Shown here: positions 9,600 to 16,733 of the stretch, piece by piece
Numbering within the stretch: position 1 is the stretch's first letter
Layout: each line of letters begins with the position of its first letter
Source of the DNA: Chitinophagaceae bacterium
Lineage (GTDB): Bacteria; Bacteroidota; Bacteroidia; Chitinophagales; Chitinophagaceae
Length of the DNA stretch: 64,000 bases
Assembly (NCBI GenBank): GCA_020847395.1
Contig: JADLCD010000107.1
Location: forward strand, 1,108-65,107
Reading direction: 5' to 3'
Program-made: the position numbers and the translations under genes
The notes under the pieces: model-generated
What the model saw: only the letters and a program-made list of their open reading frames with translations
Databases searched by the model: none
What the model was told of the DNA's origin: nothing

Positions 9600-10697
9600 T
9601 CAATGCTGACTTAAATTTACATTTTTTTCCAGCAAATATGTAGTGATAAATTTGGGAAATGCATATAATGCCAAATCTTTGGGAAGAACGGCAATAAAAT
9701 CTTTGCCCAAACGGGGCAGGCGGCTCACCGTTAGTTCAATAAACTGCCCGTGAATGGTTTGATGGGTAAGCTGCTGCACATAGTGTTTTGAAGTGCCGGT
9801 TATTTTCCCATTATACTTATCTATATATTGCTTAATAGCCTTGTGCCCGGCAATATCATCACCGCTCAATTTATTGTCAGCTTCTACTAAAACAAATTCA
9901 TGCAGGTTTTGCCATATATCTTTTCCTGTTCTCAGTCTTATATATACACTATTCTTATAATTGATGATGATGTAATAAAACCAGCGGCTTCTTTTAATAA
10001 TCTTTTTTTCTTTAGCGGGAATTTCATCCACCAATCCTTCAATATATGCCGCACATTCTTTTTGCATAACACAATCATCGCATAAAGGGAGTTTGGGTTT
10101 GCATACCACGGCACCGAAATCCATAATAGCCTGGTTGTATATACCGGGTAATTGCTTGTCGAGCAACTCATTTGCCAGCGAAGTAAGCAACGCTTTGCCC
10201 TTGGATGAATCAATAGGTTGCCTTATGCCAAACATTCTTGCCATCACTCTCAATACATTACCATCAACCACAGCGTATGGCAGGTTAAATGCAAAAGAAG
10301 TGATAGCTGCAGCGGTATAAGACCCAATGCCTTTTAAGGCAAGTATTTCATTATATACCGTGGGAAAAACATCTTTATACTGTTGATGAATGATTTTGGC
10401 AGTAGCTATCAAATTTTTGCAACGGGAATAATAGCCAAGCCCTTCCCATAATTTAAATACCTGCGTTTCGGGTGCAGTTGCCAGGTGTTTTACGGTGGGG
10501 AAAGCTTTGATAAATTTCAGGTAATAATCCCAGCCCTGTTCCACCCGGGTTTGCTGTAGTATAATTTCGCTAAGCCATATTTTGTAGGGATCCTTTTCTC
10601 CCTTCCAGGGCATGGCCCGCTTATTATTTTTACTGTTCCATGCTAAGAGTTTACTGGTAAAAAAAGGTTTCATAAGGAGTAAATATCTGTTATTCAA
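9600..10697 (-). CDS. mutY: A/G-specific adenine DNA glycosylase
   Basis: HhH-GPD domain (WLSEIILQQTRV, LKGIGSYTAAAI), a 4Fe-4S cluster loop (C..C..C..C: CKPKLPLCDDCVMQKEC), and a NUDIX-like C-terminal domain. Confidence 0.9.
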   Translation of the reverse strand: MNNRYLLLMKPFFTSKLLAWNSKNNKRAMPWKGEKDPYKIWLSEIILQQTRVEQGWDYYLKFIKAFPTVKHLATAPETQVFKLWEGLGYYSRCKNLIATAKIIHQQYKDVFPTVYNEILALKGIGSYTAAAITSFAFNLPYAVVDGNVLRVMARMFGIRQPIDSSKGKALLTSLANELLDKQLPGIYNQAIMDFGAVVCKPKLPLCDDCVMQKECAAYIEGLVDEIPAKEKKIIKRSRWFYYIIINYKNSVYIRLRTGKDIWQNLHEFVLVEADNKLSGDDIAGHKAIKQYIDKYNGKITGTSKHYVQQLTHQTIHGQFIELTVSRLPRLGKDFIAVLPKDLALYAFPKFITTYLLEKNVNLSQH

Positions 10698-10903
10698 CTA
10701 AATGTCGGGGTTTTTATTGAGCCGAAATACAATTTTCTCAAAAAGGCTGCGTTCAGTACATAGCAAATGCAAAATGTGGCAATAAATTGGTTTTCTTATA
10801 TCTATAAATGGGATAAAAAAATTTTTTGTTGTGTTTATTTGCGCAAAATGCAAGATTTTTGCTATCTTATCGTTGAATTTCATTTACTTATAAAAACAAT
10901 ACC

Positions 10904-11236
10904 ATGCGAAAAGCTGATCTCATCAACAATATTTCTGAAAAAACAGGTATTCCTAAAGTGGATGTTTTGGTAACACTGGAAACCATGTTTAAGGAAGTAA
11001 AAGAAAATCTTTCCAATGGCGAAAATATTTACATTCGCGGTTTTGGTAGTTTTATAACCAAGAAGCGTGCTGCTAAAATCGGAAGAAACATTAAGAAAAA
11101 TACTGCTGTTCATATTCCTGAACATTACATACCTGCATTTAAACCCGCAAAAGAATTTGTACAGGAAGTTAAAAAACTGCAATCTCCCAGGTCGGTTGAT
11201 GATAATTTTGATGATGAAACCGATGATAGGCTTTAA
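10904..11236 (+). CDS. HU/IHF family DNA-binding protein with an acidic C-terminal extension
   Basis: MRKADLINNISEKTGIPKVDV...IRGFGSF..KKRAA..GRNIKKNT...IP is the bacterial DNA-binding protein fold signature. Confidence 0.85.
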   Translation: MRKADLINNISEKTGIPKVDVLVTLETMFKEVKENLSNGENIYIRGFGSFITKKRAAKIGRNIKKNTAVHIPEHYIPAFKPAKEFVQEVKKLQSPRSVDDNFDDETDDRL

Positions 11237-11258
11237 CTTTGCGGCAAATTAAACGATA

Positions 11259-12116
11259 TTGAAAAAGCAACAATGGGTTGTTGTGTTCTCGGGGCTCGTT
11301 TTATTACTGAGCCTTTATTTTTTAGGAAGAACAAAGCCCAATACTGCCAGGCCTCCGGCATCATCAGCTCAATCGCAAACAGGCGATTCGCATGAAGAAC
11401 ATTTAGAAACGGAAAAAATACTGGCAACCGCCAAGTCGCGTCTTTCTCCTGGCCAACAAGCATGGGTTTCTGCAAAAGAAAACAGCATTACCCGTGGTGA
11501 TGTAAATACGCAAAAGATAAAACTCTATAACGAACTCGCATATTTCTGGAAAGATTCAGCCCATGTTTTTGAGCCTTTCGCCTATTACCTGGGTGAAAAG
11601 TCCAAATTGGAAAATTCTGAAAAAAGCCTCACCTTTGCTGCCCATTTGTATTTAAAGCAGCTAAAGAGTGTTGATCAGCATGCTTTGCAGGTGTGGATGG
11701 CTGATCAGGCTGCGGATTTGTTCAGGCACGCGTTGCAGGTAAATCCTGATAATGATTCCAGCAAAATAGGTTTAGGAAGCAGTTATATTTTTGGAGCGCA
11801 TGGTGCGTCAACACCTATGGAAGGCATCCAGAAGATACTTGAAGTGGTAAAGAAAGATTCCACTAATTTATATGGACAGTTTATGCTGGGTTATGGTGGA
11901 ATAATGACGGGGCAGTATGATAAGGCTATTGAAAGGCTCCATACTGTAGTGAAAATGGAACCTGATAATGTGGAAGCCATTTTTTTACTGGCTGAAGCTT
12001 ATGAACGGCATGGCGAAAATGCAAAAGCCGCTGAGTGGTATGAGGCAGGAAAAAAGTTTGTTCAGAATCCTGATGCCATACAAGCGATTGATAAAAGGAT
12101 AAAGGAATTAAAATAA
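11259..12116 (+). CDS. TPR repeat protein with an N-terminal membrane anchor or signal
   Basis: TTG start, a hydrophobic N-terminus, and C-terminal TPR-like repeats (AIERLHTVVKMEPDNVEAIFLLAEAYERHG). Confidence 0.6.
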   Translation: MKKQQWVVVFSGLVLLLSLYFLGRTKPNTARPPASSAQSQTGDSHEEHLETEKILATAKSRLSPGQQAWVSAKENSITRGDVNTQKIKLYNELAYFWKDSAHVFEPFAYYLGEKSKLENSEKSLTFAAHLYLKQLKSVDQHALQVWMADQAADLFRHALQVNPDNDSSKIGLGSSYIFGAHGASTPMEGIQKILEVVKKDSTNLYGQFMLGYGGIMTGQYDKAIERLHTVVKMEPDNVEAIFLLAEAYERHGENAKAAEWYEAGKKFVQNPDAIQAIDKRIKELK

Positions 12117-12146
12117 TTATTAAGTAACAAAAAACTATTTCGGTTT

Positions 12147-12242
12147 ATGCCTTGTGGTAAAAAAAGAAAACGTCACAAAATTGCTACCCACAAACGTAAA
12201 AAACGTCTCAGAAAGAATCGTCATAAGAAGAAAAACAAATAG
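12147..12242 (+). CDS. 31-aa highly basic protein, bS22 / AURKAIP1-COX24 (mS38)-like putative small ribosomal protein
   Basis: ATG at 12147 and TAG ending at 12242. It translates as MPCGKKRKRHKIATHKRKKRLRKNRHKKKNK, with 21 of 31 residues K/R/H. It is followed by a 13-bp perfect hairpin. It is below the 60-aa cut-off of the ORF track, which instead lists an antisense ORF. Confidence 0.6.
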   Translation: MPCGKKRKRHKIATHKRKKRLRKNRHKKKNK

Positions 12243-12281
12243 CTTTTGTTTTTGATGCCGGTTTGCTCCACTGGATTTACA

Positions 12282-12334
12282 AATATGTGAAAGGTTAATT
12301 GCTGCCTGTATAGTGGTAATCCCTTTCACATATT
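12282..12334 (+). terminator. Hairpin after the small basic-protein gene
   Basis: AATATGTGAAAGG (12282-12294) pairs perfectly with CCTTTCACATATT (12322-12334). A T-rich tract follows (GATTTCTTCCTTTTTT). Confidence 0.5.
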
Positions 12335-12377
12335 GATTTCTTCCTTTTTTGAGGTCAAATTATAAAGGCGTTTTTAC

Positions 12378-13919
12378 TTGAACAAAGAATTAATTATCAA
12401 TGCAGTTTCTGCAGGTGTGGAAATCGCCCTGCTGGAAGATAAGAAACTCGTGGAATTGCATCATGAAAAAGCTGATGCAAGTTTTGCCGTGGGCGACTTA
12501 TACCTGGGAAAAGTTAAAAAACTTATTCCGGGATTGAATGCTGCATTTGTTGATGTAGGTTTTGAGAAAGACGCTTTTCTGCATTATACAGATCTTAGCC
12601 CTTATGCCCGCTCGCTGCTGAAGTTTACCCAGCAGGCTATGACGGCGCAGGGCGATTTCGACTTTACACAATTTCAAACCGAACCTGAAATTATTAAAAC
12701 AGGTAAAATCAACGAGGTGTTGGGTCAAAAGCCTAATATACTTGTTCAGATTTTGAAGGAACCTATAGCAGCCAAAGGCCCGCGCCTGAGCTGCGAAATT
12801 TCATTACCGGGCAGGTTTGTTGTGGTTACACCTTTTAATGATATCATCGCGGTTTCCCGCAAAATTCATTCTTCAGAAGAAAGAAAACGGCTTAATAAAA
12901 TTGTTGAAGCTATTAAGCCAAAAAATTTTGGCGTAATTGTGCGTACTGCTGCGGAAGGAAAAAACACTGCCGAACTTCACGAAGATTTGAATATGCTGGT
13001 TGAAAGCTGGAAAAACCTGCAGCATAATTTAAAAGATGCTACAGCCCCGGCTAAAATCCTCAGCGAGCAAACCAAAACCACCAGTATGCTTCGCGATCTG
13101 CTGAACGAAGATTTTAACCGTATAGTGGTGAATGATAAGAACATCTTTAACGATACCCGTAACTATATTCAAAAGATAGCTCCTGAAAAAAAGGAGATTG
13201 TTACATTATATAATAACGGCTCTTCTATTTTTGATCATTATGGTGTAACAAAGCAGGTAAAAGCTTCTTTTGGTAAAACGGTTAACCTGCCAAGCGGCGC
13301 CTATCTTATTATTGAACATACTGAAGCGCTGCATGTAATTGATGTGAACAGCGGTTATAAAAGCGTAAGCAACAACCAGGAGATGAACGCGCTGGAGACC
13401 AACCTTGAAGCCGCCGCGGAAATTGCCAGGCAATTGCGCCTGCGCGACCTGGGTGGTATTATTGTGGTTGATTTCATTGATATGAAGCTGCCCGATAATA
13501 AGCGCAGGCTTATTGAGGCAATGGAAGAATTTATGAAGGCAGACAGGGCAAAACATGCCGTGTTGCCTATTTCCAAATTCGGGCTGATGCAGATTACCCG
13601 GCAGCGCATGAAGCCGGAAGTGAATATCAATACCCAGGAAGTTTGTCCTACCTGCAATGGCACCGGAAAAATATCATCTACACTTGTGCTGGAAGATGAG
13701 ATAGAAAAGAACCTGAGCTATCTCGTAATGCAAAAGCACAAAGGCTTAACGATAGTAGTACATCCTATCATATACGCATATCTCACCAAGGGATGGATTT
13801 CCATCCGCAGAAGATGGAGCTGGAAATACAAGCAGACAATTAAATTAAAAGCTGATAACAATTACTATCTCACAGAATTTCATTTTTTTGATAACAATGA
13901 TGAGGAGATAAAGTTGTAA
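12378..13919 (+). CDS. Rne/Rng family ribonuclease (RNase G-like)
   Basis: 513 aa with an S1 domain (GDLYLGKVKKLIPGLNAAFVDVG), the catalytic region HVIDVNSG and IIVVDFIDM, and a CPxCxGxG zinc link. Confidence 0.9.
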   Translation: MNKELIINAVSAGVEIALLEDKKLVELHHEKADASFAVGDLYLGKVKKLIPGLNAAFVDVGFEKDAFLHYTDLSPYARSLLKFTQQAMTAQGDFDFTQFQTEPEIIKTGKINEVLGQKPNILVQILKEPIAAKGPRLSCEISLPGRFVVVTPFNDIIAVSRKIHSSEERKRLNKIVEAIKPKNFGVIVRTAAEGKNTAELHEDLNMLVESWKNLQHNLKDATAPAKILSEQTKTTSMLRDLLNEDFNRIVVNDKNIFNDTRNYIQKIAPEKKEIVTLYNNGSSIFDHYGVTKQVKASFGKTVNLPSGAYLIIEHTEALHVIDVNSGYKSVSNNQEMNALETNLEAAAEIARQLRLRDLGGIIVVDFIDMKLPDNKRRLIEAMEEFMKADRAKHAVLPISKFGLMQITRQRMKPEVNINTQEVCPTCNGTGKISSTLVLEDEIEKNLSYLVMQKHKGLTIVVHPIIYAYLTKGWISIRRRWSWKYKQTIKLKADNNYYLTEFHFFDNNDEEIKL

Positions 13920-14018
13920 TAAACTCCTGTTTTTCTCGTACTTCAAAAAATATTTCTTAAACCTGTAAGCTAACTGTAATAATAGAAGAGCAATAAAAGT
14001 GTTAACAGCATACTGCAA

Positions 14019-14564
14019 TCAGGAGAAATACAGTTTTGCTTCCCTGATCCGTCGATTTAATAAAATGGGTTTTCCACCTGCGTTCTTCCACATCTTAAAG
14101 GCATCAGTAATTTTTATATCGGCCGGATTTTTATTTACAAGTTTTAGCACAGTACTTTTTTTAAATGCATTTACACCAATATTATAAGTGAGGCTTACAA
14201 GCGCGTCAAATTGATTTTGGTTAATGTCATCACGGGTATTGCTCCATACTGTTTTCTCATACAAGCTGAGGATGTTTAAAAAAAGAGAAAGTGCCCTGTC
14301 TTTAGAGATAGGGGGATCACTTAATTTTACTCTTACTCCATTTTCATAATAAGTATTGCCGAAACCAATAGTAGGCACGCCAACAGAGTCGAGGTAAGGT
14401 TTTAAAATGCAACCTTCTTCTTTGCCAATAAAAGCTAATCCTGTTTTGCTAAGATGCTGAACTTCAGTAAGAGAAGGAAGTGTTCTTATAACGCTTTTTG
14501 CAAGACTGCCGGAGAGAGATCTTTTACTATTGCTCCGTTTAATTTGTCTTTTTGCTTTTGCCAT
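14019..14564 (-). CDS. GH24 (phage T4/lambda-type) lysozyme with a basic N-terminal extension
   Basis: The core GLAFIGKEEGCILKPYLDSVGVPTIGFGNT carries the catalytic Glu-Asp-Thr pattern of GH24. It also has ...QFDALVSLTYNIG. The N-terminal 30 aa are Lys/Arg/Ser-rich, with no signal peptide. Confidence 0.8.
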   Translation of the reverse strand: MAKAKRQIKRSNSKRSLSGSLAKSVIRTLPSLTEVQHLSKTGLAFIGKEEGCILKPYLDSVGVPTIGFGNTYYENGVRVKLSDPPISKDRALSLFLNILSLYEKTVWSNTRDDINQNQFDALVSLTYNIGVNAFKKSTVLKLVNKNPADIKITDAFKMWKNAGGKPILLNRRIREAKLYFS

Positions 14565-14838
14565 GGTATGTATTTTTTTGTTTACAAATAACCTGGCTTC
14601 AATAACCTGTTTCAGAAATAGCGTAATAAAAAATGTAAAGACCCGGGTGGCCAGGTAAAATTCAATAAGATAAAACAGGTTAAGTAAAGAGCCAAATTAC
14701 CTTGGTATTAGCGAACCAGTATTCCAACGGGTAAAGAGGTTTTTAGAAAAATACTCGCAACAAACTAATGTACTAATAAAAAGATTCATTTACAATACAA
14801 TGGGGTACATTTCAAATTTTCGCTTCATATGTGTCATT

Positions 14839-14923
14839 CCGGTCGGTGAGACACCAACCGGTAGCGGGTTTTACAGGTGGGTGCCTGCCTGTCCGGTAGG
14901 CAGGTCACTACCCACCTGTAAAA
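14839..14923. other. Tandem stable hairpins in a 469-bp non-coding gap (candidate structured RNA or repeat)
   Basis: Hairpin 1: CCGGTCGGTG/CACCAACCGG (14839-14861, one mismatch). Hairpin 2: a 14-bp outer stem TTTTACAGGTGGGT/ACCCACCTGTAAAA (14869-14882 with 14910-14923), enclosing a 7-bp inner stem CCTGCCT/AGGCAGG. Confidence 0.4.
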
Positions 14924-15033
14924 AATCTTGTATACTATTTGATCGATTTGATTGTTATCTGCAATGCTGTTATGTATATAGAGAAGTATTTGAGTATAGG
15001 CCTGCGTATACCGGCGAAATATAGTATTGAAAA

Positions 15034-16383
15034 TTATACAACACCCTGTGCAAGCATCGAATCTGCAATTTTTACAAAGCCGCCAATATTTGCACCTCTT
15101 TCATAATTTATATAGCCGTCTTTGTCTTTGCCGTATTTAATACATATTTTATGAATTTCCCGCATAATACTTCTTAGCTTACTATCCACTTCTTCGCGTG
15201 TCCATGCATAACGTTGAGAGTTTTGCGACATTTCTAAACCAGATACAGCTACTCCACCTGCATTAGCCGCTTTACCAGGGGCATAAAAAATTTTTGCCTT
15301 ATGAAAAACAGTTACAGCTTCAGGCGTACATGGCATATTTGCTCCTTCGGCTACACAAATACAACCGTTTTTAATTAATAGTAAAGCATCATCTCCATTT
15401 AATTCATTTTGTGTTGCATTGGGCAATGCTATATCACATTTTATTTTCCAGGGGCGCTCTCCGGCAAAAAAACTGCAATTATATTTTTTTGCATACTCCT
15501 TAATTCTACCTCTTTCATTATCTTTTAAATGTTTGATGTATGCAAGTTTGTTTTCGTCAATCCCATCCGGGTCATATATAAATCCTTCTGAGTCAGACAT
15601 AGTTAATACCACAGCTCCTTTTTCAATACATTTTTCAACAGCAAACTGCGCTACATTTCCGGAACCCGATATAGCTACTTTTTTACCAACCAATGAGTCT
15701 CCGGTTACCTTCAAAATTTCTTCTACAAAATAAACAAGCCCGTAGCCTGTAGCTTCCGGGCGGATTAAGCTTCCGCCCCACTCATATCCTTTGCCGGTTA
15801 AAACGCCACTAAACTCACCGCGTATACGTTTATATTGTCCAAATAAATAACCAATCTCTCTTTTTCCCACACCTATATCGCCTGCAGGAATATCAATATC
15901 TGCACCAACATGACGATAGAGTTCCGTCATAAAACTCTGGCAGAACTTCATTACCTCATTATCAGATTTTCCTTTTGGATCAAAGTCGGAGCCTCCTTTA
16001 CCGCCACCCATTGGCAAACCGGTAAGACTATTTTTAAATACCTGCTCAAAGGCAAGAAACTTTAATACGCTTAGTGTTACAGAAGGATGAAAACGAAGAC
16101 CACCTTTGTAAGGGCCGATACTACTGTTCATCTGCACGCGAAATCCCCTGTTTACTTCAACTTCGCCTTTGTCATTTAACCAGGGAACCCTGAAAATAAT
16201 AACTCTTTCAGGCTCAACAATTCTTTCTAATATCCTGGCATTTTTATATTGGGGAACGTCATGAATATAGGGAAGTATAGATTCTGCAACTTCTGTTACA
16301 GCCTGTAAAAATTCATTTTCTCCGGCATTCCTGGATTTTACCTTTTCCAGAAATTGATGTATTAACTCCTGCATAGTAGACAA
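15034..16383 (-). CDS. gdhA: NADP-specific glutamate dehydrogenase
   Basis: 449 aa with the Glu/Leu/Phe/Val dehydrogenase signature (GPYKGGLRFHP, LPMGGGKGGSDFDPKG) and a GSGNVA nucleotide-binding motif. Confidence 0.95.
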   Translation of the reverse strand: MSTMQELIHQFLEKVKSRNAGENEFLQAVTEVAESILPYIHDVPQYKNARILERIVEPERVIIFRVPWLNDKGEVEVNRGFRVQMNSSIGPYKGGLRFHPSVTLSVLKFLAFEQVFKNSLTGLPMGGGKGGSDFDPKGKSDNEVMKFCQSFMTELYRHVGADIDIPAGDIGVGKREIGYLFGQYKRIRGEFSGVLTGKGYEWGGSLIRPEATGYGLVYFVEEILKVTGDSLVGKKVAISGSGNVAQFAVEKCIEKGAVVLTMSDSEGFIYDPDGIDENKLAYIKHLKDNERGRIKEYAKKYNCSFFAGERPWKIKCDIALPNATQNELNGDDALLLIKNGCICVAEGANMPCTPEAVTVFHKAKIFYAPGKAANAGGVAVSGLEMSQNSQRYAWTREEVDSKLRSIMREIHKICIKYGKDKDGYINYERGANIGGFVKIADSMLAQGVV

Positions 16384-16560
16384 ACAAACAATTTTAAGGG
16401 CTTTGCAAAAAAAATTGACTTCTGCAATAATGTATTAAATAAAATTTAAAGAATGATGCGAATGTATTTAAATTATTACAGCAATTAACGAAATTATTTA
16501 AAAAACCTAAGTTTATTAAATACCGTGAGTTTTGGGTCTTAGTCGGGTTGGGAAAGTATA

Positions 16561-16642
16561 TTTCACGCGGCGTACGCAACGGGGTAAAGCCCGCAAAGAA
16601 GCATTCGTTGCTAACGCTGCTCCGCTGTGAACGCTGCGTGAA
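16561..16642. repeat. Palindromic intergenic element, family 1 (TTTCACGCGGCG ... CGCTGCGTGAA)
   Basis: The termini match the 29097 copy (TTTCACGCGGCG.ACGCAACGG). The internal GCAACG/CGTTGC pairing is present. It lies downstream of the carB terminator. Confidence 0.55.
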
Positions 16643-16679
16643 GATTATCGATGAATACCGGAAAGAATGTATAAAAATA

Positions 16680-16709
16680 AACCTCGCAGGTTTTAAATCC
16701 TGCGAGGTT
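16680..16709 (-). terminator. Rho-independent-type terminator of carB
   Basis: AACCTCGCAGG / CCTGCGAGGTT form an 11-bp perfect stem with an 8-nt loop. On the minus strand it is followed by TTTATTTTTAT. It lies about 25 nt after the carB stop. Confidence 0.65.
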
Positions 16710-16733
16710 GTTAATACCTTAATATTTATACAA

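Noticed and set aside
12135-12329. 64-aa minus-strand ORF from the ORF track
   Set aside because: It is antisense to a much more convincing 31-codon basic-protein gene (12147-12242) and runs through that gene's terminator hairpin. It has no recognisable features.
14800-15024. 74-aa ORF in the lysozyme-gdhA gap
   Set aside because: It spans the tandem hairpins, so the Cys- and Gly-rich translation is a by-product of the palindromes. There is no start context or homology.
14019-15033. Prophage remnant around the GH24 lysozyme
   Set aside because: No other phage-like gene, integrase, att-like repeat or tRNA flanks it. The neighbours are core genes.
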